DNA of 64,000 nucleotides, taken from positions 6,133,045-6,197,044 of the forward strand of contig CAVNZM010000009.1 of assembly GCA_963693365.1 (NCBI GenBank), given 5' to 3'. The notes beneath the pieces are model-generated. The model saw nothing but the letters and a program-made list of their open reading frames with translations. It had not been told where the DNA came from and searched no databases. The translations under genes were made by a program, and so were the position numbers. Below are positions 51,978 to 64,000 of this stretch, in pieces. This DNA is from Amoebidium appalachense. Lineage: Eukaryota; Protista; Ichthyosporea. Position 1 is the stretch's first letter. Each line of letters begins with the position of its first letter.

Positions 51978-52649
51978 TCAGTACCTGACCCAAACCCAAA
52001 GAGCCACCCAACCCGGCCAGAAAAAACCGTGCGGCAACCCCGCCCAGCTCCCGACCATCCCCACAACTCCGTGGGTGTCGGTGGATGAATGAACGGGGGG
52101 TTTATGGCTGCACGGCCGAGGGCCTTTGGTTGCGGCCCAGCAGGCGGTGAGGCCAGCACTTGCCTTAAGCTTGCCCAGCTTTGCGGCCAGGCGGGTGGCA
52201 GCGGGCGGCTTCTTCTGCTTCTGCGCGCCCTTGGGGTCGGGCGTGCACTGGGCAGCCAGCTGCTGTGCGGCCGTTGCCTGGGCGGCCAATTCTGCGGCCG
52301 TAGCCTCTGCAGCCAGCTGTGCGAGCAGGGCCGGATACCGGACAGCCTCCCAGTCGGCTATGTCGTCTAGGAGGGCCTGGCTGAAGGTGTGCTGTGGGCG
52401 CTTGTGCGGCACCACAGCGGCCAGTGTTGTGTTTTGGCGCCACCGGTCCGCAGCTGCAGGCAACCTCCCAGACAGAAGAGCCCATGGCGCACACTTGCGC
52501 CCACCTGGGCAGAACGGACTCATGGAACCAAGGTCTGAGCAGGACGTGCAGAAGAAACTGCACCAGCAGGACGACCTCAAAATAAAGTGTCTCAACGCGT
52601 GGCGACATTTGCATGTTTCGGGTTGTGCAGTATGGTTTTCACCCAACAC
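51978..52649 (-). CDS. Possible orphan or degenerate ORF (Ala-rich helical segment)
   Basis: GC-rich, non-microsatellite ORF (LLAQLAAEATAAELAAQATAAQQLAAQ) with upstream TATA- and CCAAT-like boxes at ~52852-52936. The nearest upstream ATG (52614) is in another frame. No family recognised. Confidence 0.3.
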   Translation of the reverse strand: MLGENHTAQPETCKCRHALRHFILRSSCWCSFFCTSCSDLGSMSPFCPGGRKCAPWALLSGRLPAAADRWRQNTTLAAVVPHKRPQHTFSQALLDDIADWEAVRYPALLAQLAAEATAAELAAQATAAQQLAAQCTPDPKGAQKQKKPPAATRLAAKLGKLKASAGLTACWAATKGPRPCSHKPPVHSSTDTHGVVGMVGSWAGLPHGFFWPGWVALWVWVRY

Positions 52650-53282
52650 ACCACGTTGGTTTGCTTTGTAATTCGGAGGGGTTGCTCCGTTCCACGCTGC
52701 ACTTTCTAGAGGTTTTCTGCCTGCTGCTACTCAACTACTTGGTTTTCGTTTAGAGTCTTTTCAACGTGTCGGTTTTCGTTTTTCACAGTGAAAGGCCACG
52801 TTCTCAGTTCTGAACTTCTCCTAGACAGCTGGAGACTGGGAGGTGCAGGGGTTATATACCATGAGGACAGGACATTGGTATGTAACTGGCAATGCCAATC
52901 TATGACATATATTTTAAACATAATGTTACATCCAATCAGAAATGCTATTGTTCAGTTTTAAAATGTGAGGGCAAAAGTTCTTTGCTTCTACAGTATCACC
53001 AGTAACATGTAAGGCATTGGGTGGGAACGAAGCGGGACAGAAAATAACTTGTATCAGAGCATTTCATGCAATATGCTTTGCTTATTAATGTCTGTTTTTC
53101 GGCTCTTTTCTTTTTTTTCAGTGACACTTCTTTCTCTGCTATGCACCGTTCTTCATTCTTAACATAGCTTATCTATTGGCTTTATCAGAGGCGGTTTTGC
53201 CCCACATCTCTCACAATGGCGTTATGGTTAGTCCATTGGTTATGTCTGTTGATTGGCCGCAATGCAGACCGCAAATCGCAGA

Positions 53283-54088
53283 CAGGGATATCATGTACCG
53301 ACTTGACTGCCAGTCGTCAGTCGTAGTCACTGAAATAGCAAAGTCGTGTAGTCGTGATGAGGTTGCCACCTACGACTATAGGCCCCACGACTTGGGGGGG
53401 GGGGGGGGGGGGGGGGGGGACGAGGGGGAGGGGGGGAATGCGACTCATGTGCACATGTGGGCAATGAAATCCTGATTAATACTCCATGCCCGGGGCCTAA
53501 ATTTGCCCTCCATCTCCCGTATTTTCTCTATCTCTCTCTTGTGGTGTGATTGCGTCATATGGGGTAAAATACCATCAAATAGTAGCCAATAGGATACGAG
53601 CCTAGCGCTCCATATATAGATGAGGAATTCAATGAGTGCGCCTACCTACACATGTCCTGGAGACACCTTCCCGTACATCAGCCTGCGCTCTGTGCTGTGT
53701 TGCAGAGGGTCGATAGTAGAGGGTTAGGGAAACGAGTGAGTTCCCGTTAACCCCAGTGTTGGTGTCGCGTTGCCTTTTCCCCTTAACTCCGTTCAAAGAA
53801 CCCACTTCAACACACGTAAACACACAAGGGACACAACATCTCTCAGAGTCCCCCCCCCCCCCCCCCCTCTCTTCCCTTCCCCCCCCCCCCCCCCCCCCCC
53901 CCTTCCCCCCCCCCCCCCCTCCCCCCTCCCCAGTCTGGACCCCCCATCATGATATGAAAGTCGTCAGTTTAGTCGTAGTCGGAGTCGTTGGGAGGCCACT
54001 GACTTTATGTAGTCGCAGTCGTAATCAACAAAATCCCAAAACTTGACTAGTCAAGTCGAGTCGTAGTCGTCACGGTCCGGTACAACCC
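53283..54088. mobile_element. Possible degenerate MITE with AGTCGT/ACGACT subterminal motifs
   Basis: Clusters of agtcgt/cgact at 53299-53392 and 53958-54071. The ends ggg...tgtaccg and cggtacaaccc are imperfect inverted repeats. No clean TSD was found. Confidence 0.35.
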
Positions 54089-54852
54089 GAGCCCGGAAAT
54101 GCAGACCGCAAGATATCGATCTCCAGCTCACGCGCGAGCAGGGGTTGAATATGCCGACGCTATAGGCCTATTCCTAAAATTTCCGACCCAAGATATCGTC
54201 GTGTTTACGATTGTGCACATGGGGGCATTACGTTGAACGCTGTTAGGTGCCGTATTAGTCATTAGTAGCAAACAAACTGGCCCCAGCAGTGTAATGTGAT
54301 CTATTTTTACACAAAAGTGGGTGTTTCTGTGGGAAAATATAATATAATGGTGATTCTGACACGACAGCAGAAGAAGAATATGAAGCCCTGTTTCGCCAGT
54401 CCGAGCCTCCCTCCGGGGCCTGGGTACCGGCGCGGCTCACAGTTTGTACATATACGCGCGCAGCTGTGCACTGGCAGACACATGCGCATGCATGCACGTG
54501 CAGGGCATACACACATGCACATGCATGCACGTGCAGGGCATACACATGCACATGCATGCACGTGGAGGCACACATGATGCCTGCAGGGCACACGTGCACG
54601 TACCGCCTGGTATACCTGACAAATGCTTCGATTCAAACGCACCTCCTCTGCCCAGCCACGCGTGCAGCATGCCCCCAACCAGTAGCCCCAACCAGCCGCT
54701 GCAGCGCTGGCCTGCCGCAGATGCTCTGTGCCTACGTAGCTGTCAGCGCCACAGGACCAAGCGGCGCTGCGGACCTTGCATGTCTCTGGCCTGCCCCCAC
54801 CTCCTCTTGAGCCGTGCACTGAATGAAAACGGCACTGTGGCAGTTGCCCCCC

Positions 54853-54900
<48 letters not shown>

Positions 54901-55399
54901 TTCTGCACCCACACCCACCTCCCTGGCTGTGGACGCAAGTGCATCCTCCAGCGTGTGTGCAAGTGCATGCTCCAGCTAATCGTGCGGCGACGCGGCGACC
55001 AGGGATAAGAGGCACATTATAATGATTAGTAGAAAAAGAACATCAATCGACGCCCCACACATGCGTACGACAAACGTACCAAGCTTGAAGCTTGCTTGCT
55101 CAAGCGAAGTACTTTGTTCAAGTGAGAGAAGCTGTCAGCTGAGCTCTTTTCTGCAGTCACCTGTTCCCCGCGGTGCACGCGGATCACCCTATACCTTGAC
55201 CTTCCCATCAGATACTGTAATGCAGATTGCCCTGAATCATCAACGGAGAAGCGAAGCTTCGCAGTTCTCATCCTACAGCCCCAGCCGGGATTTGTGAGTG
55301 AGTGATGAGTGAGTGATGAGTGAGTGATTACACTTTCCCGACAGACACACTTGTCTGCTGGCACGCACATAACGCACACGTTCTTATATAGGCAAAAGC

Positions 55400-56324
55400 T
55401 GTTGTAATACGTAGTATTTACATATGGTAAGATCTTCTCAGTTTGTGTTATGTTTCAGTTCATATGCTTAGTGTAAATGCCACACTCCTATTATGTAAAG
55501 TGTAGCATCGATCTCCGATATGCTTGTATACTTGTAATCGTGTTGTATCGGCTTTAATCGTGTATTGTAATATCGATTAGAATATTTATATGTGTGTACA
55601 CGGATCCACCCACTCAGGGAGAGACGTGTACATGTTCGTGTGTACATAAATATCTCTGGTTATAGTTATGCTATTACTATCTTGTTTGTTGATCTGTGCT
55701 CTCTTTTCCTTCCTCTTTCTCCTTCCTTATTTTCTTTTCTTTCTCTCCTTGTCTTCATGTGTATAATCGTATTTCTTTTCTACTAATATATGTTAGGTAG
55801 ATTTGTGTTACTTAATACGTGTTCATTGGACGGTAACACACTTAGGCTACACTTAGAATAGCATGTGTGTTTAGACTTCATTAATTCACTTTAGTTTTCA
55901 TGTGTTGCCGGGCTTTAACCAATCATCAAGGTTAAGTGTGATATGTCTGAGTCTTTGCAGTATGTCATAGGTTAGAACTTCCTTGATGATGACACGAGTT
56001 GATCCTAACTAGTGTCTGTGTCCTATCGTGTACGCCTCCGCGTACCGGATCTCTCTGAAAGCAATTGGTTCTTAGTGATTGGTTTCTATTAGAGATGGAT
56101 CTGATTTCCGACTGGTCGGAAATCATGTATGGATTGGACTTAGAGGAATTTCAGGTATTTATTCGAAGATCAGAATAAATTCAGTTGAGTCGTGTCTAAA
56201 CATTGATGTCTGTTGTGTACACTGCTCCGATCGTTCCGTGTTTTGTTGTTGTGTGTGTCTGTGGTGTTTTCACACTGCACCACTGTGTCTCTGCTTACAT
56301 CCTAAATACTTATAAAATTTAACA
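55400..56324 (+). repeat. 5' LTR
   Basis: TGTTGTAATAC...AAATTTAACA; appears identical to 61243-62167 (constant offset 5843). Confidence 0.97.
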
Positions 56325-56338
56325 GGTTATGCAGCCCT
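56325..56338 (+). promoter_or_regulatory. Primer binding site, half-tRNAiMet type
   Basis: GGTTATGCAGCCCT directly follows the LTR. It matches GGTTATGAGCCCT (the complement of a yeast-type tRNAiMet anticodon arm, as in Ty5) with one extra C. Confidence 0.75.
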
Positions 56339-56386
56339 TTTGTACGCTCCCTACACACATCTAGAACTCGCGCTCGTTTTTCAATC

Positions 56387-59300
56387 ATGGATCCAAACAA
56401 AACTGGCGTAAACAAAATCACCATGTGGAAAGGTGAAGGGAAGACTGGTCCCGATAGCAAAACTACCTATTTTCAATGGGAAATCATTTTTCTCGGCATG
56501 ATGACCGGCACTAAAGGTGTTCGACTCGTGGATGTTGTCCTTGCTGACAACTACGTCCCCCCTACCACCGTCGCGGTTGACGGTGAACCCCCCTTCTATG
56601 GCTACGGCACTACCGCGGAACTCAAAGAGGCCCGCAATTGCCTCCTGCTCCATATGATACAGAACATCGACCCTTCCGTCCTCACCACCGTTGCCCAGTA
56701 CCGTATTGGCATGGACCCTGAACGGGCCATGTGGAAATTCCGTCAACACTATCTCCAAGGCAAACCCGATCAGATCCGCATCCTTCACCGTCAGTGGGAT
56801 GCCTGTGCCCTTCAGCCCGGTGAATCATTCACCACCTACCTGAGCCGTCTGCAGACCATCGTGAACCAGCTCCAGTCTCTCCAAGATGAGTCCATTCACT
56901 TCACTCGTCTAGCTGAGAAGTTCTTCAATGAACTCACCACCAGAGACGACCTCACCCCTGAGTTCAATCGTCTTATCGAAGACTATCACTTCGGTGATAA
57001 GCTATTCCCCGACTTCGAGTCCCTCCATAACCACGTCAAGGGCATCGAGTTACGTCAAGACCTCAAGATGCAACTCCGGAACAACCGTGCCCACCGTGCC
57101 TCCAAGTCCAGCATGGCATTAAATGCCAGTGCTCCCCCCCGTGATCTTCCTCGCCGTGACTTACGCACCCGACTTGACCGTACCTCTGGCACGGACCTCC
57201 GAACTCGTCTCTCCCGTCAGCACACCCGATCCCGTTCCCCCCACCGGCCTGCCTTCCGGTCCACGTCTCGTTCCCCCAGTCGTTCCCGTTTCTCGGGTTC
57301 CCGTCGTTCTGATTCCCCGGCTCGTTCTAACACCCCGTCCGTGAAAGAATGCTCCTACTGCCACGAGCCTGATCACACGATCATCGATTGCCCTGAGCCG
57401 AAATGCCGTATGTCCAGACACAACCGTTCCCGTCAAGGCAGTGAGAAATCTGTCTCCTTTGCTTTCTCGGCATACAATGCTAGCTCCGTCCCCGTGTCCT
57501 CCGACCCTGCCTGGGATTCCGGGTGCAACATGACTGTTTGCCCCACCCGTGAGTTCTTCCATGACCTCACTCCCCTTCCGACACCGACTCCCGTTGCTGC
57601 CTTCAATGGCACCCCCGTCTTGGCCACTCACACCGGCCATATCGTCATCAACACCACCACCGACCATGGCACTACCACCCTAACCATTGAAGCCTACTAC
57701 ACCCCGTCTGGCCAAGCCTTCCTCATTTCAACATCCCAAGCTGCTGCCGAATACATCAAGGGTGATTTGAACGATGCCTCCACTCCGTCATTCCTCTTCG
57801 ACCGACTCACCGGCCGTCATCTCGTCAACCTCCGTCTACACAACGGTCTGTATTACTTCAAGGACTACACCATTCAACCACCCACTCGTCCTGTGGCTCT
57901 GGCTGCCACTACCAGTGTTAACCCATCCATCTGGCACCATCGTCTGGGGCACCAAGCTATGACCAGCATCAAGGACATGGTGAAACACGACCTTGTTATT
58001 GGTCTCCCCTCCTCTGTCCTCGCCTGTGATGTTCCTGATTGTCATGGCTGCATTATGGGTAAGACCACCAAGGCTCCGTTCAGGGGTGACCGTCCTCACT
58101 CCAACATCCCCGGTCATGAATGGCATTGGGATTTTTTTGAGCCTACCACAACATCGTACGGAGGTTCCAAGGTTGCTCTCGTCACTGTCTGCCGTGCCTC
58201 TGGCCTCGTCAAGATCTACCCGATGGCCGACCGTACCACCACCCTGGATATTCTCACAGCTCACACCAACCTCGTTGCCACCCATGCCCCCTCCAAAGTT
58301 GGTGTTTACCACTTCGACTCCGGCTCTGAGTTCACCTCCAAGGATACCCGTGCTTTTTGCCTCTCCCAGGGCATCAAGGCCAGCTATGCTCCGGTGGACT
58401 GCCCTCAACTGAACGGCTATGTTGAACGACGTATGCGGTTCCTCCAAGAGATTGTCCGTTGCCTCCTCCATCAAGTCCAAGATCAGTCTCTGTCTCCCAA
58501 ACTGTGGGCTGAGGCCCTCCAACATGCCGCCTACATCATCAACGTCACCCCGTCCACGACTGCCAATGGTCGTACACCATTCGAGGTTTTCTACGGTGTC
58601 AAGCCCGACATCTCCGAGCTCAAAGTGTTCGGTTGCCCTGCCTACACTCACGTGCCAGCCTCTAAACGGAACAAGCTGGCCCCCACCGTCAAACTCGGCA
58701 TGTATATCGGCTATGATCTTCAATCACACTGCCACCGGATCTTCAATGCCACCACCCATCGTGTCGGCCTCTTCCGTGATGTGATTTTCGACGAATCAGC
58801 TTATCTCCCGTCCGACATTCCATCAACCCTTCCGACCCCCGACACCACTGCTACCTCGACCACCCCACCCCCCACAGTTGACACTGAAGATGATGTTTGT
58901 CTGGTGTACTCTGGCCCCCCTCCTGCCATCGTCGTTCCCCCGACACCCCCCCCCCCACCGGCCCCCCTGCCCCCGTGCCCGTCCAGCCTGCCGACCCTCA
59001 TCCTGGCCCTGGCAACGTCACACCCATCCGACCCGGCTCCCCCGACAACTTCCACTCGGCCCCGTCCAGCCCGGAGGTTGCCCCCCCTGCACTTCCGAAC
59101 TTCCAAGTTCCCCCCCCACCGTCTCCACCTACCCCGGTTCCTGCACCCCGTCGTTCTGCCCGTCTCCAGGGCAAGGTTGGACTTCAAGCCACCACCACCC
59201 TGCCAGTCCCCCCCGGTCCCCCCATCAACATCGACCAACTACCCAAACTTGTCCGTCAACTCTGTTCCGGACCCAATGGTGATCAGGTCAAGTCAGCCCT

Positions 59301-60795
59301 GACTGCTGAGTATCAAGCCTTCGTCGACAAAGACATCTTTGAACTTGTTGACCCTCCCCCTGGTGCTAACATCGTCGGCTTCAAGTGGATTGTCTCCGAG
59401 AAAACTCTCAACTCGGCTGGTGACACCAAGATCAAGGCACGTGGTGTTGCTCAAGGCTTCAGTCAGCAATACGGTGTTGACTATGAGTTGATTGAGAGCC
59501 CTGTCATCCGTCCGGCTGCTCTCCGTGCCATCCTAGCTCTGGCCGTTGTTGAAGGTCATGACATACATCAACTCGACGTGTCTACGGCCTTTCTCAACAG
59601 CCCACTCACCGAGACCATCTACATGAAACAACCCCCGGGATTCATCACCATGGCCACACTTGGCAAGGTCTGGAGACTCAAGAAAGCCCTGTACGGCCTC
59701 AAGCAAGCCTCCAAGGCTTGGTACGACTTCCTCGACGGCATTCTTCTTGCCCATGGCCTGACCCGTACTAAGACCGACCCGTGCATCTACCTCCGGTTCT
59801 TCCCCAACAACGATGTGGTACGGGCTGGTAACTACGTCGATGACTCCACCATCACCAACACCCGGGGTTCTACTGCTGCCAGTGACCTGGCTGCCCACAT
59901 CAGCAAGATGGCCAGCTGTCGTATGAGTCCATTTGACCGTATGCTCGGTGTTGATTTTAATCACTCTGATCCCCATCACCTCCACATGCACCAGAGGTCT
60001 TACATCATGGATATCATCCACGACTTCAACCTCACCGATGCCAAGTCCAAGTCTACCCCCATCCCTGCAGGCACCACCGTCTCCCTGGCTGATTGCCCCC
60101 CCCAACCGTTCACCGTGCCCTACCGTGAGTTACTCGGCCGTCTCCTCTGGGTGGCACGGTGCACACGTCCCGACATTGCCTATGCCATCGGCTTCCTTGG
60201 TCGGTTCAGCACCAACCCCGGCAAGACTCACTGGGACCTTCTCCGTCGTGTGGCCCGGTACCTGCTCGGCACCATTGACCTTGGCATTGACTACAAGTAC
60301 TCGGCCACCCAGTCCCCCATACTCGAATGCTACACGGATGCTGACTTTGCTGGTTGTGCCGACAGCAAGAAGTCTACCACCGGCTACATTATCGTGTTTG
60401 CTGGTATGCCCGTCATCTGGTACTCCAAGCTCCAGCCCATCACGGCCACCAGCACCACTGAAGCTGAGCTGATTGCTCTCAATGCTGGCACCCAAGAAGT
60501 TGCTTGGGTCCGTGACCTCTTCAAGGAACTCGGCTGTCCCATGCTTGCTCCGACTCCGGTGTACTGTGACAACCAGTCGACCATTGCCATTGTCAACTCC
60601 ACCGGCATCAAGCACCGTACCAAACACATTGCCGTCCGGTATCACAACACCAAGGACTACATTGCCAGTGGGGACGTGGTTGTCCACTACGTTGAGTCAG
60701 CCCACAACTTAGCTGACATACTCACCAAACCCCTCCCCGGCCCGAGTCATGTCCACCATCGTGCTCGACTTTGTTTACCGGATATTGTGGATTGA
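56387..60795 (+). CDS. Copia gag-pol polyprotein, split by one -1 frameshift near a C11 run (58946-58956)
   Basis: Zinc knuckle CSYCHEPDHTIIDC; protease WDSGC; WHHRLGH...CHGC; integrase HWDFF / FDSGSEF / NGYVERRMR; RT QLDVSTAFLN, LYGLKQA, YVDD; RNase H YTDADFAG, EAE, CDNQS, NLADILTK. Confidence 0.95.
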
Positions 60796-61177
60796 CCCGA
60801 CCTACTTCAAGAGTGATTTTCTCATGTGTACTACTTACTTTATCAACATCATTATATCATATGTATTGCCTTTGTGGGTATGCCCACTTAGGGTTTATAT
60901 ATAAGGTTTGACCTGTACCATCACTCTACTCTATCTTTCACTGGTTTAAAACCCAGTTAATCAAACACCGCCTATACACGTTATATATATTCGTTGTTTT
61001 TGCCCCGGTTCCTTCCCCCCCTCCCCCCCCCCCCCCCCCCTTCCCCCCCCCCTTCCCCCCCCCCCTTCCCCCCCCCCCCCCCCCTCCCCCCCCCCCCCCC
61101 CCCCCCCCTTCTCCCCCCCCCCCCCCCCCCCCCGGAAAAGTACACACTTTAATTTTTTTTTTCCGTTTCTGTTCTCA

Positions 61178-61242
61178 AGTGGGGAGATTTCACTAGTTCA
61201 GTGGGGATATGATAACACAAACTTCAAAGTCTTAAGTGGGGA
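61178..61242 (+). promoter_or_regulatory. Polypurine tract region, AGTGGGGA present three times
   Basis: AGTGGGGA at 61178-61185, 61200-61207 and 61235-61242; the last copy abuts the 3' LTR. Confidence 0.7.
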
Positions 61243-62167
61243 TGTTGTAATACGTAGTATTTACATATGGTAAGATCTTCTCAGTTTGTGTTATGTTTCA
61301 GTTCATATGCTTAGTGTAAATGCCACACTCCTATTATGTAAAGTGTAGCATCGATCTCCGATATGCTTGTATACTTGTAATCGTGTTGTATCGGCTTTAA
61401 TCGTGTATTGTAATATCGATTAGAATATTTATATGTGTGTACACGGATCCACCCACTCAGGGAGAGACGTGTACATGTTCGTGTGTACATAAATATCTCT
61501 GGTTATAGTTATGCTATTACTATCTTGTTTGTTGATCTGTGCTCTCTTTTCCTTCCTCTTTCTCCTTCCTTATTTTCTTTTCTTTCTCTCCTTGTCTTCA
61601 TGTGTATAATCGTATTTCTTTTCTACTAATATATGTTAGGTAGATTTGTGTTACTTAATACGTGTTCATTGGACGGTAACACACTTAGGCTACACTTAGA
61701 ATAGCATGTGTGTTTAGACTTCATTAATTCACTTTAGTTTTCATGTGTTGCCGGGCTTTAACCAATCATCAAGGTTAAGTGTGATATGTCTGAGTCTTTG
61801 CAGTATGTCATAGGTTAGAACTTCCTTGATGATGACACGAGTTGATCCTAACTAGTGTCTGTGTCCTATCGTGTACGCCTCCGCGTACCGGATCTCTCTG
61901 AAAGCAATTGGTTCTTAGTGATTGGTTTCTATTAGAGATGGATCTGATTTCCGACTGGTCGGAAATCATGTATGGATTGGACTTAGAGGAATTTCAGGTA
62001 TTTATTCGAAGATCAGAATAAATTCAGTTGAGTCGTGTCTAAACATTGATGTCTGTTGTGTACACTGCTCCGATCGTTCCGTGTTTTGTTGTTGTGTGTG
62101 TCTGTGGTGTTTTCACACTGCACCACTGTGTCTCTGCTTACATCCTAAATACTTATAAAATTTAACA
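61243..62167 (+). repeat. 3' LTR
   Basis: Direct repeat of 55400-56324, followed by the TSD AAAGC. Confidence 0.97.
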
Positions 62168-62748
62168 AAAGCATCTGCACACGTGTACATACACACACAA
62201 ACCCACCCACGTACATACAATAACAAGCACACAACCCACACACGTGCACCCACGCACACTCCGCACAAGCAGTCACACACACATACACACACACACACAT
62301 GCTGCACATACATACACTCAACACACACACACACTTTGAATGTGCAAAACAAACACACATGCTGACAGTTTTCAATTGCTTGCAGGTGGTGCAGTGTCCT
62401 TCTGGAAATGGGCGTATGGTGATTTCCCCATTGGCAAGGTAGGGGAGTCAACCATACCCATGTCTTTTTCTCCGAGCCTGCCTGCGTTGTGGATGAAACA
62501 TGCCCACACGGTACCACTAGGGTGGAACCCCCACCCTGCAAATTTTGTTTTGGTCATGTGTCTAAAACCATATGGCCACCCATCTACAAAGAAACTCTTT
62601 CTGTCCCGAGTTGCCGTGGGAAGAGTGTTTATCAACACCCTTCCCCCCCCCCTCCCCCCCCCCCCCCCCCCAAAAAAAAAAAAAAAAAAAAAGAAGGACG
62701 CACCGGCAGAAACACAAACACATACATACACACACCCACACACCCACT

Positions 62749-63013
62749 CTCAATCTCTCTTTCTCGTGCACACACACACGTGCACACACACACACACAGT
62801 CACACACACAAAGATGCACACACGTGCACACACACACGCACACGTGCACACACACGCAATTAAATCACACACGCGCGCACGCACACACACACGTGCACAC
62901 CAGACACACACCATGATATACACCCATATACACACCGCCCACCCACACACACCGTAGATCTAAATAGACTACACGTGCACGCATCGTTATTGTGACACGC
63001 ATACACACACACA

Positions 63014-63071
<58 letters not shown>

Positions 63072-63195
63072 CTGTGACACACAGCGTGCACGCACTTCAA
63101 CACAAGCACATGCATAAAAACGTTTTTGCGAGAGGGGCATGGCCTCTGGCCCCTTTTTAGCAGACGGGAGCCCCGCATTCGGCTGCCAGTATCTT
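62749..63195. repeat. Dispersed (CA)-rich repeat, copy B
   Basis: Colinear with 19600-20162 but lacks the 121-bp insertion. Confidence 0.85.
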
Positions 63196-64000
63196 TTAAT
63201 AAGTCAGAGGTTCTGGCTATTAGTTAGGTACCTGGTACGAATAATTGCTTGTGGGTCGCGGACCACAACATGAACAAAGGAACTGAACAGACAGCCAATG
63301 AAAAATAGTTCATGCGCAGCAAGAGAGCCACTCGCTGCTTGACAAGTCTCATATTTTTCTGACAGCACCTGTGACTTTTCATCAATCGTCTACAATATAA
63401 TCTAGTCACCGAAGGTCGAAGTGACCGAGCAGCCTCAGTTTGAGCTTCTACATCAAGACATATTCGATAAAAATGTCGTTAATAAAAAACAGCTGCAGCC
63501 TAAAGTTTAGAAGAAGTTGCTTGAAGGATATGCGCTTTGTCTTCTAGTTGCCCAGGAAAGCTCTTGATGCCTCCGGAGACTCATCCCCAAGCCCAGAAGT
63601 TATTTTTGGATGACCCAATCGTTGTGACGGCATTTCTTTTTGTTTGGGCGTCCGCCACCTGTACCCTCTCACACACGGCCCTCTGAATTCGAAAAGTTCA
63701 GCCCTGGCCGTGACCCTCTGGAAAGTGGGCGAAGATGTGACCAAGAGTCAGGAAATTTTTGGAAAAAAAAATTGTCAATAGTGAAGAGACTTTGAAGATT
63801 TAATAGAGACATATAAATATATATGTAATGGCCAGTAAATACTGCTGGAAGCCGTATCTATAAAAGCAAAGGCTTTTTTCCACAGCTTACGATGTACAGA
63901 CACATTATATTCAAACATACCATTGGTTATTTATCATAACATTATATAAGCCACATTAAGCGAAGTAAATTTTCCATCCACATTACGGTGTGTGCCGGAG

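Larger units (their letters stand above)
55400..62167 (+). mobile_element. Full-length Ty1/copia LTR retrotransposon (6768 bp)
   Basis: Two 925-bp TG...CA LTRs; TSD AAAGC at 55395-55399 and 62168-62172; PBS and PPT present; domain order gag-PR-IN-RT-RH. Confidence 0.98.

Noticed and set aside
57836-60687. Long antisense ORFs (295, 190, 185 aa) within the copia
   Set aside because: They are shadows of the C-ending codon bias of pol, with no recognisable motifs.

Overview
Eukaryotic, intron-rich and extremely microsatellite- and homopolymer-rich DNA, probably holozoan (inferred from the animal-like NPRL2 C-terminus and exon structure). Most ORFs in the track are translations of (CA)n, (GA)n and poly-C/G tracts. 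Four genes can be spliced by hand. (1) A 5'-partial NPRL2 (GATOR1 subunit; +, 9 exons, 1474-9313). (2) An orphan multi-pass membrane protein (-, 2 exons, 11981-14730). (3) A type II membrane LicD/fukutin-like nucleotidyltransferase with an EF-hand loop (+, 2 exons, 30296-32803). (4) Mitochondrial GATB/PET112 (-, 17 exons, 35506-50179, with one probable homopolymer error). Mobile DNA includes a very young full-length Ty1/copia element (55400-62167; 925-bp LTRs that appear identical, AAAGC TSD, half-tRNAiMet-type PBS). It also includes a nested cluster of a tandem repeat, a tRNA-headed SINE and two solo LTRs, a DIRS/Ngaro RT relic, a long-TIR foldback element and hAT-like remnants. The most striking unexplained pattern is a strand-polarised intron grammar: poly-C just after donors and (CA)n running directly into the acceptor AG. 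A dispersed ~150-bp intronic repeat is also oriented consistently with host transcription. All calls are by eye; no searches were run.
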